From assembly GCA_045122575.1 (NCBI GenBank), contig JBGVHV010000106.1: DNA of 51,789 nucleotides, one strand, 5' to 3'. Both the position numbers and the translations under genes were made by a program. This DNA comes from Anaerotignum sp. (GTDB lineage: Bacteria; Bacillota; Clostridia; Lachnospirales; Anaerotignaceae). Shown here piece after piece: positions 9,254 to 19,590 of this stretch; the stretch's first letter is position 1, and every line of letters begins with the position of its first letter. Below the pieces are notes generated by a model. It searched no databases. It had not been told where the DNA came from and was given only the letters and a program-made list of their open reading frames with translations.

Positions 9254-9934
9254 ATGGTAACTGATGATAAAAGAATCAGAATTATTACAGGTCACTACGG
9301 CAGCGGCAAGACAGAATTTTCTGTCAATTACATCAAAAAACTGCGTGAAAGCGTAGAAGGTAAAGTCGCAATTGCCGATTTGGATATCGTAAACGTTTAT
9401 TTCCGTTCCCGTGAAAAGAAGGCAGAAATGGAAGAGATGGGCATTCAGGTGATTGCATCCAATCTGGATACTGCAGTTGCTGACGTACCTGCTGTTTCCG
9501 GCGCAATGACAATGCCTGTTCAGAACAAGGAATATCAGTATCTGATTGACCTTGGCGGCAACGATGTAGGTACATTGGTGCTGGGCAGAATCAAGCCTTT
9601 GATCGACCATTCGGAAACAGACTTTTTTATGGTAGTCAATGCATATCGTCCCAATACCTCTACACCTGAGGGTATCATTGAACAGATGGAAATTCTGGAA
9701 TATGCTGCAGGGATGAAGGTGACTGGCTTCGTCAATAACACAAACCTGGTAAGAGAAACGACAGCAGAATGTCTGCTCCACGGGGATGAAGTGTTAAAAG
9801 AAGTAACAAAACGCACAGGTGTACCTGTGAAGTACGTAGCCTATGTCAAAGAACTTTTGACAGAGGATGTACCCGAAGGACTTTCTGGGGAACTGTTCCC
9901 TATGGAGTTTAATATGAGGAAAACCTGGATGTAA
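9254..9934 (+). CDS. Uncharacterised P-loop ATP-binding protein heading the vor operon
   Basis: Walker A GHYGSGKT; DLDIVNVYFRSRE; IDLGG. Start at ATG 9254 after GGAGG. Confidence 0.88.
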   Translation: MVTDDKRIRIITGHYGSGKTEFSVNYIKKLRESVEGKVAIADLDIVNVYFRSREKKAEMEEMGIQVIASNLDTAVADVPAVSGAMTMPVQNKEYQYLIDLGGNDVGTLVLGRIKPLIDHSETDFFMVVNAYRPNTSTPEGIIEQMEILEYAAGMKVTGFVNNTNLVRETTAECLLHGDEVLKEVTKRTGVPVKYVAYVKELLTEDVPEGLSGELFPMEFNMRKTWM

Positions 9935-9963
9935 ATTCAAATATTTATGGAGGTGTATTTTGA

Positions 9964-10179
9964 ATGGCAAAAGGTAAAGTAACTATCAATGAAGTAATCT
10001 GTAAGGGTTGCGGACTGTGTGTATCTGTTTGTCCTAAAAAGGTACTGGAACTGTCCAAAACAAAAATCAACCCCGCAGGTTACAATCCCGCAGAAATGAT
10101 CAGCGACGACTGTATCGCATGCACAAGCTGTGCGAAAATGTGTCCTGACTGCGCGATCGTAGTAGAAAAACTGGACTAA
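9964..10179 (+). CDS. 2x[4Fe-4S] ferredoxin, delta subunit of 2-oxoacid oxidoreductase
   Basis: CKGCGLCVSVCP and CIACTSCAKMCP. Confidence 0.95.
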   Translation: MAKGKVTINEVICKGCGLCVSVCPKKVLELSKTKINPAGYNPAEMISDDCIACTSCAKMCPDCAIVVEKLD

Positions 10180-10198
10180 TAGAGAGGAGGAAATTTCA

Positions 10199-11257
10199 AT
10201 GGCAAAAGTTTTGATGAAAGGCAACGAAGCAGTTGGTAAAGCGGCTATTGAGGCAGGTTGCAGATATTTCTTTGGCTACCCCATCACTCCTCAGTCCGAA
10301 GTACCTGAATATTTATCCAATGAATTACCTAAAGTAGGCGGCACATTCGTTCAGGCTGAATCTGAAGTAGCTGCTATCAACATGGTATACGGCGCAGCAG
10401 CAGCCGGCGCAAGAGTTCTGACAAGCTCTTCTTCCCCCGGTATCGCTCTGAAACAGGAAGGTATTGGTTACATCTCCAACGCATCCCTGCCCGCAGTTAT
10501 CATCAACATGATGAGAGGTGGCCCGGGCCTGGGTACAATTCAGCCCGGTCAGGCAGACTATAACATGGCAGTTAAAGGCGGCTCCAACGGTGACTACCAT
10601 GACATCGTTCTGGCTCCCGCATCCGTACAGGAAGCTGTAAACATGGTTATGGAAGCATTTGATATCGCTGATATCTATGGTGTACCCGTAATCGTTCTGG
10701 CTGACGGTCTGATCGGTCAGATGATGGAACCCGTAGAATTCAACTATGTTCCTAGACCCAACGTTCCTGAAAAACCTTGGGCACTGGTTGGTAACTGGGG
10801 CGCAGAAAGATCCAACATCAAAAACCTGGTAATCGATCCCGACGATTGCGAAGCTTGGAACCACGACCACTTCAAAGTATACGCTGAAGTAGAAGAAAAA
10901 GAACAGGCTTGGGAAGAATACCTGCTGGATGACGCTGAATATGCATTCGTAGCATACGGCACAGCTTCCAGAGTTGTTAGAACAGCTATCGGCTACCTGA
11001 GAGCTGAAGGTTACAAAGTAGGTATGCTGAGACCTAAAACACTGTGGCCTTTCCCTCAGAAAGCATTTGATAAAGTTAACGACAAAATCAAAAAATTCCT
11101 GGATGTAGAAATGTCCATGGGTCAGATGGTACCCGACGTTGCATTTGCATGTAACGATAGAAACAAAGTAGTATTCCACGGCAGAACAGGCGGTAACGTT
11201 CCTACTGTTGATGAAATCGTAGCATTCGGTAAAGAAGTAATGGGAGGTGACAAATAA
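10199..11257 (+). CDS. vorB: 2-oxoacid:ferredoxin oxidoreductase alpha subunit (VorB-like, probably 2-oxoisovalerate)
   Basis: MKGNEA, FFGYPITPQSE, QAESEVAAINMVYGA, SSSSPG, RGGPGLGTIQPGQADY. Confidence 0.9.
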   Translation: MAKVLMKGNEAVGKAAIEAGCRYFFGYPITPQSEVPEYLSNELPKVGGTFVQAESEVAAINMVYGAAAAGARVLTSSSSPGIALKQEGIGYISNASLPAVIINMMRGGPGLGTIQPGQADYNMAVKGGSNGDYHDIVLAPASVQEAVNMVMEAFDIADIYGVPVIVLADGLIGQMMEPVEFNYVPRPNVPEKPWALVGNWGAERSNIKNLVIDPDDCEAWNHDHFKVYAEVEEKEQAWEEYLLDDAEYAFVAYGTASRVVRTAIGYLRAEGYKVGMLRPKTLWPFPQKAFDKVNDKIKKFLDVEMSMGQMVPDVAFACNDRNKVVFHGRTGGNVPTVDEIVAFGKEVMGGDK

Positions 11258-12009
11258 TGGCAGTTGTATTTGAAAAAACAAAAGGTCTGACAGACGCTAA
11301 ATTGCATTATTGTCCCGGTTGTGGTCACGGTATCGTACACAGACTGGTAGCAGAAGTACTGGAAGAAATGGGCGAACTGGGTAACTCCATCACATGTGTA
11401 CCCGTAGGTTGTGCTGTATTTGCTAACAACTACTTCAACATCGACGCAATCCAGTGTGCACACGGTCGTGCTCCCGCAACAGCAACAGGTATCAAGAGAG
11501 TTCGTCCTGAACAGCTGGTATTTACATATCAGGGCGATGGTGACCTGGCTTCCATCGGTACATGTGAAATCGTTCACGCAGCAGCTCGTGGCGAAAAAAT
11601 CACAACAATCTTCATCAACAACGGTATCTACGGTATGACAGGCGGCCAGATGGCTCCTACAACACTGCCCGGCATGAAAGCTACAACAGCTCAGAAAGGC
11701 CGTGACCCCAAAGTAAACGGTAACCCTATCCGTGTTTCCGAAATGCTGGCTACACTGACAGGTCCCGCATACATCGAACGTGTATCCATCTCTACACCTG
11801 CTCAGGTTGCTGGTGCAAAAAAAGCAATCAGAAAAGCATTTGAAATCCAGAAACAGGGTCTGGGCTTCACATTTGTTGAAGTTGTATCCACATGCCCTAC
11901 AAACTGGGGTGTAACACCTGTTAAAGCTATGGAATTTGTAAGAGAATCCATGATCCCTTACTATCCTCTGGGCGTATATAAAGATATCACAGTAGAGGAG
12001 GGCAAATAA
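11257..12009 (+). CDS. 2-oxoacid:ferredoxin oxidoreductase beta (TPP-binding) subunit
   Basis: HYCPGCGHG, HGRAPATATGIKR, YQGDGDLASIG, NNGIYGMTGGQ, CPTNW; overlaps the previous stop (TAATG). Confidence 0.95.
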   Translation: MAVVFEKTKGLTDAKLHYCPGCGHGIVHRLVAEVLEEMGELGNSITCVPVGCAVFANNYFNIDAIQCAHGRAPATATGIKRVRPEQLVFTYQGDGDLASIGTCEIVHAAARGEKITTIFINNGIYGMTGGQMAPTTLPGMKATTAQKGRDPKVNGNPIRVSEMLATLTGPAYIERVSISTPAQVAGAKKAIRKAFEIQKQGLGFTFVEVVSTCPTNWGVTPVKAMEFVRESMIPYYPLGVYKDITVEEGK

Positions 12010-12010
12010 T

Positions 12011-12562
12011 ATGAGTAACTTTTCTTCTATCATCGCAGGCTTTGGTGGTCAGGGCTCTCTGCTGATGGGTAAAATTATGGCATATGCTGGCATGCTGGAA
12101 GGCAAACAGGTTTCCTGGTGCCCTTCCTACGGTCCTGAAATGCGTGGTGGTACAGCTAACGTAAACGTTATCATCTCCGACGAAACAGTAGGTTCTCCTG
12201 TTGTTACAAAAGATGCTGACTGTATCGTAGCTCTGAACCAGCCTTCCCTGGACAAATTCGCTCCTGTTGTTAAAGTTGGCGGTTCTCTGGTTATCAACTC
12301 CGACCTGTGCACAGCTGGCGAAGTAAAAGAAGGCGTTAAAGTATACAACATCCCTGCTAACACAATCGCTACAGACAACTTTGGTGGTTCCAAACTGGCT
12401 AACCTGGTTATGCTGGGTGCTGTAGTTTTCGCTACAGGCGCTATTGATGTTGCTGGTATGGACGATACATTCGCTCATGTATTCGAAGGCGGCAAAGCAA
12501 AATTCATTCCCGATAACAAAAAAGCTTTTGAACTGGGTTATGAATTCGCTAAAAACCTGTAA
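12011..12562 (+). CDS. 2-oxoacid:ferredoxin oxidoreductase gamma subunit
   Basis: AGFGGQG, PSYGPEMRGGTA, NLVMLGA. Confidence 0.95.
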   Translation: MSNFSSIIAGFGGQGSLLMGKIMAYAGMLEGKQVSWCPSYGPEMRGGTANVNVIISDETVGSPVVTKDADCIVALNQPSLDKFAPVVKVGGSLVINSDLCTAGEVKEGVKVYNIPANTIATDNFGGSKLANLVMLGAVVFATGAIDVAGMDDTFAHVFEGGKAKFIPDNKKAFELGYEFAKNL

Positions 12563-12591
12563 TCTAAATTAGAATTGATTTAAATTACATT

Positions 12592-12626
12592 ATCCCTCTG
12601 AAGATTTTCCTTCAGAGGGATTTTTT
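12592..12626 (+). terminator. Terminator of vor operon
   Basis: ATCCCTCTGAAG-attttc-CTTCAGAGGGAT followed by TTTTT. Confidence 0.85.
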
Positions 12627-12719
12627 CGTTGTAAACCTATTCCTTATAAAAAGCATTTGTGGTATACTTACAGATAAGTATGTAACCGTGAAAAAATTCC
12701 GTGAAGGGGCGTGCAGTAT

Positions 12720-13121
12720 ATGAAAAACAGAGTGAAGATCTCCATTGATGGCAAGAGCTTTACGCTGGTAGGCGAAGAAACAGAAGAACACATGCGTCAG
12801 GTGGCAGAATATATTGACCTGAAGATGACAGAGATCCGTCAGAAGGCTGTCGCTGTTACGCTGGACTCCAGCCTTGCCTATGTGCTGACTTCTATCAATG
12901 TGGCTGATGATTATTTTAAGGAAAAGGCATATACTGCAGAACTGGAAGGCAGACTGCTTGGTTTGACAACAAGAATGCAGGAACTGGCAAACAGACTGGA
13001 AGAAGCGGAAAAAGCGAAGGAAGAAGCAGAAGCAAAGTTGGATGAATATGCACTTGCCATGGAAGACGGCATGGGCGTGCAGTTGCAGATGACTTCTGCA
13101 AAAACAAAAAAAGGTAAATAA
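12720..13121 (+). CDS. zapA: Cell division protein ZapA
   Basis: NRVKISIDGKSFTLVGEETEEHMRQVAEYID, AYVLTSINVADDYFK, C-terminal coiled coil. Confidence 0.9.
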   Translation: MKNRVKISIDGKSFTLVGEETEEHMRQVAEYIDLKMTEIRQKAVAVTLDSSLAYVLTSINVADDYFKEKAYTAELEGRLLGLTTRMQELANRLEEAEKAKEEAEAKLDEYALAMEDGMGVQLQMTSAKTKKGK

Positions 13122-13217
13122 AAACGAGAGTACATAAAAAGAGTGGAACGTCGGGCATACGCTTGAAATCTGCTCTTTTCTTTCAATGTAAAAGTTTGGA
13201 AAAGGAAGGGGAATATT

Positions 13218-15644
13218 ATGACGATGATGAAACCGGAACTGCTTTCTCCCGCAGGCTCTATGGATAGCCTGAGGGCGGCGGTGAACAGTGGCTGCGATGC
13301 CGTTTATCTGGGTGGGAAACAATTCAGCGCCAGAGCGTATGCAGGCAATTTCGATCTGCAGGAACTGGAAGACGCCTGTGATTACTGCCATCTGAGAGGC
13401 GTAAAAGTATATGTAACGGTAAATACCGTATATAAGGATGAAGAACTGAAAGGTTTGCTGACATACATCAAGGCTCTTTATGAAATGGGGGTAGATGCCC
13501 TCATCATGCAGGATGCTGGCGCTGCAAAACTGGTGAAGGAACATTTTCCCGATTTCCCTCTCCATGCCAGTACACAGATGACCTGTAATTCGCTGGCGGA
13601 CGTAAAATACTGGGAAAGTCAGGGGTTCAACAAAATCGTTCTGAGCCGTGAACTTTCTGTGGAAGAAATCAAGCACATCACAGAAAATGTGGATGCGGAA
13701 ATTGAAACCTTCGTTCATGGCGCCCTGTGTGTCTGCTATTCCGGTCAGTGTATCATGAGCAGTATCCTTGGGGGTAGAAGCGGTAACCGCGGTCGCTGCG
13801 CCCAGACCTGCCGCCTGCCTTATACCTTATATAAAGGGTATGAAAATATCGAAGAAGGTCATCTGCTTTCTCCCAAAGATGTGATGACAGTCAACATTCT
13901 GCCGGAACTGATCGAAGCGGGGATCGCTTCTCTGAAGATCGAAGGCAGAATGAAGAGCCCCGAATATGTAGCCGGTGTAACAGGCATTTACAGAAAGTAT
14001 ATCGACCTGTATTTCGAAGATCCCGAAAACTACGAAGTGGACAAGGAAGATATCAAAGCGCTGAATCAGCTGTTTAACCGCGGCGGTTTTACAGAGGGTT
14101 ATTACACTTCTTTTGCCGGCAGAGATATGATGAGTATCGAACGTCCCAAGCCTTGGGGGCTGAAGGTGGGGATCGTTGACAAATATCTGCCCAAGCATAA
14201 GAAAGTAACGATCCGCACCAGAGAACCTCTGGTGCCCGGGGATGGTCTGGAAGTATGGACACAGGAAGAACCCCATGTTGGTACCAATGTTTCCAAACAT
14301 TCCAAGGCCGGTGAAGTGATCACCATCACCATGGAAGGGGAAATCAATAAAAACGATGTGGTTTATCGTACCTTTGGCAAGGCTCTGAATGATGAACTGA
14401 AAAAATTCTATGAAAGAGATACCAGAAAAATGCCCATTTCCGGCATGCTGCGTGTAAAAGAAGGGGAACCTATTTCCCTGCAGCTGTGGGATAACGGCGG
14501 CAACAGCGTATTTGTCAGCGGTGCGGTGGTGGAACCTGCAGGTTCTTCCCCTATGCTGCCCATGAAGCTGAGAGAACTGGTGAATAAAATGGGTGCAACG
14601 CCTTTTGTACTGGAAAATCTGGAAACAGAGATCGATCAGTATATTTTTGTCAGTGTCAGCGAAGTGAACCGTGTACGCCGTGAAGCCTGTGAAGCTTTGG
14701 AAGCATCTATTCTGAAAAAATCCAAACGCAAGGCAAAATCCGAAGCAGTTTACGCAAAAGCAGAAAAAAGACCTTTCCAGCTGCGGAAAAAACTGACTGC
14801 ACTGGTGATGAATCTGGGTCAGCTGGATGCAGTGCTGAATGCAAAGGGCATTGTACGTGTTTATTATGAATGTTCTTCCGAACTGGAAAAGAATCTGGAT
14901 AAGATCATCGAAAGATGCCAGAAAGCGGGCGTAGGTCTGTATATCGCTCTGCCCAGAGTGGCAAGAGAATGGAATGCGGAAAAAGAACAACCCATGATCG
15001 ATATGCTGAAAAACAGTGCCATCGATGGTTTTTTGGTACGTTCCGCAGGTCAGTTCGATCAGGTAAAGGACAGCGGTAAGAAGATCGTTGTGGATTATAA
15101 CCTGAATGCCATGAACCGTCAGACAGTGGAATACTGGAAGGAACAGGGCGCAGACAATGTCTGCCTGTCCGTAGAAGCAAATCTGCAGGAAATCAATCAG
15201 ATGGGTGACAGGGACTGCGAAATGGTGGTTTACGGCTATCTGCCACTGATGAAAACCCAGCAGTGCCCTATCGGTAACTATACCGGCGGCAAGGACGGTC
15301 ATAAATACTGTTCCGAAAGAAACAACGAAGACCTGTACTTTCTGAGAGACAGAAAAGGCGTGAAATTCCCTCTGATGACAGACTGCGAACGCTGTGTCTG
15401 CACGATTCTGAATGGGAAACCTCTGTTTACACTGAAATTCTACGATGAAATTCTGGAAAGTACGACAGGTTATGTTCGTCTGGACTTTACAAAGGAAGGC
15501 CCCGGCAGAACAGAAAAAATTGCCAGAGCTTATGGGGAAATGACAGCCGATGTGGAACGCATCAGCCCTGCGACCCGTAACCTTTTGGGAGAAATGAGCG
15601 AAAAAGGCAATACGAAAGGACATTTCTTCCGCGGAGTGGAGTGA
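13218..15644 (+). CDS. U32-family protein, long form (RlhA-like, probable RNA hydroxylase)
   Basis: PELLSPAGS, GCDAVYLG, HASTQM, FVHGALCVCYSGQC, NRGRCAQTCR, LKIEGRMK, C-terminal TKGHFFRGVE. Confidence 0.9.
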   Translation: MTMMKPELLSPAGSMDSLRAAVNSGCDAVYLGGKQFSARAYAGNFDLQELEDACDYCHLRGVKVYVTVNTVYKDEELKGLLTYIKALYEMGVDALIMQDAGAAKLVKEHFPDFPLHASTQMTCNSLADVKYWESQGFNKIVLSRELSVEEIKHITENVDAEIETFVHGALCVCYSGQCIMSSILGGRSGNRGRCAQTCRLPYTLYKGYENIEEGHLLSPKDVMTVNILPELIEAGIASLKIEGRMKSPEYVAGVTGIYRKYIDLYFEDPENYEVDKEDIKALNQLFNRGGFTEGYYTSFAGRDMMSIERPKPWGLKVGIVDKYLPKHKKVTIRTREPLVPGDGLEVWTQEEPHVGTNVSKHSKAGEVITITMEGEINKNDVVYRTFGKALNDELKKFYERDTRKMPISGMLRVKEGEPISLQLWDNGGNSVFVSGAVVEPAGSSPMLPMKLRELVNKMGATPFVLENLETEIDQYIFVSVSEVNRVRREACEALEASILKKSKRKAKSEAVYAKAEKRPFQLRKKLTALVMNLGQLDAVLNAKGIVRVYYECSSELEKNLDKIIERCQKAGVGLYIALPRVAREWNAEKEQPMIDMLKNSAIDGFLVRSAGQFDQVKDSGKKIVVDYNLNAMNRQTVEYWKEQGADNVCLSVEANLQEINQMGDRDCEMVVYGYLPLMKTQQCPIGNYTGGKDGHKYCSERNNEDLYFLRDRKGVKFPLMTDCERCVCTILNGKPLFTLKFYDEILESTTGYVRLDFTKEGPGRTEKIARAYGEMTADVERISPATRNLLGEMSEKGNTKGHFFRGVE

Positions 15645-15649
15645 TTTGA

Positions 15650-17041
15650 ATGTTTGATCTGATCATTATGCTGAGCCGATATGCATTTATCGTCTATATC
15701 GTTCTGTTCTTATGGCAGGGCATCGTTTACGTTGCCTATGAACAGGGCGGTTATCTGGGTAACCCCTATACGGCGGTATCCATTCAGCGTCGTCTGGTGG
15801 TGCTGATGCATATCACAGCGTTTTTGATTCTTTCCTATAATAGAGAGACCCATTTGTATGATATCCCGACGCTGATTTTCGCGGCGGTATCGCTGGTATT
15901 TATATTGTTTGCGGTCAAGCTGCTGGACAGATTCTTTTACGAAGGCTGTCCGCTGATCTGGACGGGGATGCTGTTTCTGATGGATCTGAGTCTGATCATG
16001 CTGCAGAGAGTGGAACCTTATCTGGCTCACAGACAGCTGATGTGGATGTGTGTCGGGTTGGCGGGGATGTCCTTTTTGCCCACCTTCTTTCGATTTATTC
16101 CACGGTTTGAAGTATTTGAATGGGTCTATATCATCGTCTGCTACGGGCTGCTCCTCTGCACCAGATTGTTTGGCATTGCAAAGGGCGGTTCTACCAACTG
16201 GCTGTCTTTTGGTATCGGTTCTATCGATATCACCTTTCAGCCTTCGGAAATTGCGAAATTCCTGTTTATCTTCTACCTGGCCAGCGTGTTCCGCAAAAGG
16301 GTGGAATGGAAACAGTTTCTGACAACAGCGATTTTAAGTGCAGGTCTGGTTTTTCTGCTGGTACTGCAGAAAGACTTAGGCAGTGCGCTGATCTTCTTTA
16401 TGACTTATATGGTCATGCTGTATATTGCCACATCCAATGAATTTCTGTTCTTTCTGGGGATGGGGGCAGCCAGCGGGGCTGCTATGGTTGCCTATAAGCT
16501 GTTTTCCCATGTCCGTGTCCGTGTGGCAGCATGGCAGAATCCATGGGCAGATATCGATACCGGCGGTTATCAGATCGTCAGTTCCTTGTTTGCCATTACC
16601 ACTTGGGGGCTGTTTGGCAGCGGCCTAACCAAAGGGATGCCCAAAAGTATCCCTGTTGTGGAAAGTGATATGATCTTTGCGGCTATCTGCGAAGAATTTG
16701 GCGTGATTTTCGGTGCAGGGGTCATCAGTATCTTTATTATGATCCTGTATCGCGGGGTTCGCATTGCGCTGGACTGCAACCGCAGATATTACAGCATCCT
16801 TGCGGCAGGGGTGACAACGATGATCTCCTTCCAGACCTTTGTGATCCTTGGCGGCGTCATCAAACTGATCCCACTGACCGGGGTAACGCTTCCCTTTGTC
16901 AGCTACGGCGGCAGTTCTGTTCTGGTCAGCCTGATGATGATCGGACTTTTGCAGTGGGTATGTGTTTACTGCGAACAGCAGAGCCGTGAGGAAGAAGAAC
17001 GGATGATGACACTGCAGATGGGAGGTGGCCGGAATGAGTAA
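15650..17041 (+). CDS. SEDS family peptidoglycan glycosyltransferase (FtsW/RodA/SpoVE)
   Basis: FQPSEIAK, QKDLGSA, GYQI, SDMIFAAICEEFG, IPLTGVTLPFVSYGGSS. Confidence 0.95.
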   Translation: MFDLIIMLSRYAFIVYIVLFLWQGIVYVAYEQGGYLGNPYTAVSIQRRLVVLMHITAFLILSYNRETHLYDIPTLIFAAVSLVFILFAVKLLDRFFYEGCPLIWTGMLFLMDLSLIMLQRVEPYLAHRQLMWMCVGLAGMSFLPTFFRFIPRFEVFEWVYIIVCYGLLLCTRLFGIAKGGSTNWLSFGIGSIDITFQPSEIAKFLFIFYLASVFRKRVEWKQFLTTAILSAGLVFLLVLQKDLGSALIFFMTYMVMLYIATSNEFLFFLGMGAASGAAMVAYKLFSHVRVRVAAWQNPWADIDTGGYQIVSSLFAITTWGLFGSGLTKGMPKSIPVVESDMIFAAICEEFGVIFGAGVISIFIMILYRGVRIALDCNRRYYSILAAGVTTMISFQTFVILGGVIKLIPLTGVTLPFVSYGGSSVLVSLMMIGLLQWVCVYCEQQSREEEERMMTLQMGGGRNE

Positions 17042-18434
17042 TATGAAGCGGAGCATGCGCCGTGTGTTCTGGCTGCTGGCGCTGTGTTTTTTCCTTTTGC
17101 TGGGCTATCTGGGAAAACTGGTTCTGGTGGATCGGGATGAGATATCGGGCAATGCTTACAATCATCGCCTGCGCTATGTGGATGAAACCATCCGCCGCGG
17201 AGATATTCTGGACAGGGACGGCGAAGTTCTGGCGACCAGTGTTCTGCAGAACGACGGCACCTACAGCAGAGAATACCCCCGTGCCCGCATGGCAGCTCAT
17301 ATCACAGGCTACAGCAGTGTAGGGAAAAGCGGTGTGGAAGCGGCAGAAAACTTTACGCTGATGGCTCTGAAAAATGAACTGTTTCAGCGTGTCAGTGGTA
17401 TTATCAGAAAAACGGAATTGATGGGCAATAGTGTTGCCCTGACTGTAGATATGGATATCCAAAGTACTGCGGGAAACCTTCTGGGCAGTGCAAAAGGGGC
17501 TGTTGTTGTGATAGAACCTTCCACGGGCAGAGTCCTTGCCCTGCAGGCATATCCTGATTTCAACCCAAACAGTGTGGAAAGTCAGTGGGAAACACTGAAA
17601 GACCATGAAGACAGCCCTTTGGTCAACAGGGCAACACAGGGCTTATATCCTCCTGGTTCTACCTTTAAAACGGTAACGGCTCTGGCGGCAATGGAACATC
17701 TTCCCGACTGGCAGAGTTTTACGGTTGAATGTACGGGGGAAATGGATTTTGAGGATAAGGTCATCCATTGTTACAATAATAAAGCCCATGGTACAGTGGA
17801 CATGAAGGGGGCTCTGGCAGCTTCCTGCAACTGTTATTTTGCGGCGCTGGCAAAAGAGATTGGCGCAGGCAATCTGGCAAAGACGATGCGTCAGGTGGGG
17901 ATGGATGCCTTCAGTCATTTTGAACTGGAAACCAGCGGAAACAATATCTATCTGGAAAAAGGAGCAACAGAAAGTGAACTGGTGGAAACGGCCATCGGAC
18001 AGGGCAGAACAGGTGTGACCCCCCTATATATGGCTATGCTGGCTTCTGCCATTGCCAATGACGGCATGATGATGCAGCCGTATATTGTCGATCATGTATT
18101 GTACCCTGATGGGAATATGGGAAAACATACAGTTCCCCAGAAGCTGATGGAAATCTGTTCTGCAGAAGAAGCTTCTATATTAAAGGATATGATGACAGAA
18201 GTTGTGACCAGCGGTACAGGTACGGCGGCGGCTGTCAGCGGCGTGACAGTAGCGGGCAAAACAGGTACAGCGGAAAATGCCACAGGTAACGACCATAGCT
18301 GGTTTATTGGCTTTGCCCCTGTGGAAGACCCCAAGGTGGCGGTGGCGGTGCTGATCGAAAATTCTAATTATGGCAGCGCAACACCCATTGCGGGAAAAAT
18401 GATCCGTGCAGCTCTGGCTGAACTTGGAGAGTAA
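17034..18434 (+). CDS. Class B penicillin-binding protein (short PbpA type)
   Basis: RRGDILDRDG; catalytic STFK, SCN and KTGT motifs; GGAGG RBS before ATG 17034. Confidence 0.93.
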   Translation: MSNMKRSMRRVFWLLALCFFLLLGYLGKLVLVDRDEISGNAYNHRLRYVDETIRRGDILDRDGEVLATSVLQNDGTYSREYPRARMAAHITGYSSVGKSGVEAAENFTLMALKNELFQRVSGIIRKTELMGNSVALTVDMDIQSTAGNLLGSAKGAVVVIEPSTGRVLALQAYPDFNPNSVESQWETLKDHEDSPLVNRATQGLYPPGSTFKTVTALAAMEHLPDWQSFTVECTGEMDFEDKVIHCYNNKAHGTVDMKGALAASCNCYFAALAKEIGAGNLAKTMRQVGMDAFSHFELETSGNNIYLEKGATESELVETAIGQGRTGVTPLYMAMLASAIANDGMMMQPYIVDHVLYPDGNMGKHTVPQKLMEICSAEEASILKDMMTEVVTSGTGTAAAVSGVTVAGKTGTAENATGNDHSWFIGFAPVEDPKVAVAVLIENSNYGSATPIAGKMIRAALAELGE

Positions 18435-18445
18435 GAGGTGGTCAG

Positions 18446-19531
18446 ATGGAACTGAAATTTGACACATCAAAAACATACGCTATTGTGCTGGAAGGCGGCG
18501 GTGCGAAAGGCGCTTATGAAGCCGGTGTATGGAAGGCGTTGGATGAAGCAGGTGTAAAATATAATGCCGTTGCGGGAACTTCTGTCGGTGCATTGAATGG
18601 TGCCATGATGGCGGCGAAAGAACTGGATACGGCGATCAGCCTTTGGGAAAATGTGAAATTTTCTCAGGTCTTCGATGCAGATGATGCCCAGATGAAAAAG
18701 ATCTACGATAAAGATCTGGATGGTCTGGATGTGAAAGGTCTTCTGCGGGATGTTGTGGGGATTCTGAAGGATGGCGGTCTGGATATCGAGCCGCTGAGAA
18801 AAATGATGGAGACGTATATAAATGAAGAAAAAATTCGAAACTCAGACGTGGATTTTTTCTTTGTGACATACTCCCTGACAGATATGGAAGAGGTGGAACT
18901 TTCTGCAAAGGAACTGGAAGAAGGCAAACTGATCGATATGCTTCTGGCCAGCGCCTATGTTCCTGTATTTCAGAGGAAGAAGCTGGATGGTAAAGATTAT
19001 GTGGACGGCAGCGTTCAGAATATCGTCCCCATCGATTCTCTGTTAAAAAGAGGATATCGAGATATCATCATGATCCGTATTTATGGTATGGGCTTTGAAA
19101 AAAAGATACAGATACCGGAAGATGTCAATGTGATTACCATTGCACCGAAGGAAAAATTGGGCGGCATCCTGCAGTTTGATGCAGAAAGTACAAAGCGGGA
19201 TATGATACTGGGATACTTTGACGGTATGCGGATGCTTTACGGTCTGGCGGGAGAAAAATATTATATCGACCGCCAGTGGAGCGAAATGCAGGCGTATTTT
19301 GTGCTGAAAAACATGATTGAACGGCTGATCGGAGAAGAAATTCCCCTCAGAGATATGAATGAAAGGCTTCTCCCCAGATTTGCAAGAAAGATGAAGGCAA
19401 AAGACGGGGATTATCATGAGATGCTGCTGCGTTTTCTGGAAAAGAATGCAGAGCAGGCAGGGATCTCTCCTTTTAAAATTCGAACAGAGGAGGAACTTTT
19501 GCAGGAGATTTTAAAATATCAGAAGATTTAA
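18446..19531 (+). CDS. Patatin-like phospholipase
   Basis: GGGAKG, GTSVG nucleophile elbow, LASA, DGS (variant of DGG). Confidence 0.92.
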   Translation: MELKFDTSKTYAIVLEGGGAKGAYEAGVWKALDEAGVKYNAVAGTSVGALNGAMMAAKELDTAISLWENVKFSQVFDADDAQMKKIYDKDLDGLDVKGLLRDVVGILKDGGLDIEPLRKMMETYINEEKIRNSDVDFFFVTYSLTDMEEVELSAKELEEGKLIDMLLASAYVPVFQRKKLDGKDYVDGSVQNIVPIDSLLKRGYRDIIMIRIYGMGFEKKIQIPEDVNVITIAPKEKLGGILQFDAESTKRDMILGYFDGMRMLYGLAGEKYYIDRQWSEMQAYFVLKNMIERLIGEEIPLRDMNERLLPRFARKMKAKDGDYHEMLLRFLEKNAEQAGISPFKIRTEEELLQEILKYQKI

Positions 19532-19541
19532 AAAATATATT

Positions 19542-19590
19542 GCAGACCTTTTTGTTATCAAACAGCAGAAGGTCTGCTTTTTATTTTTTT
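19542..19590 (+). terminator. Terminator after patatin gene
   Basis: GCAGACCTT...AAGGTCTGC followed by a long T-tract. Confidence 0.8.

Noticed and set aside
13122..13217. 6S RNA after zapA (or after rarA)
   Set aside because: The spacer is too short and lacks the long hairpin. The region after rarA is explained by the Phe T-box.
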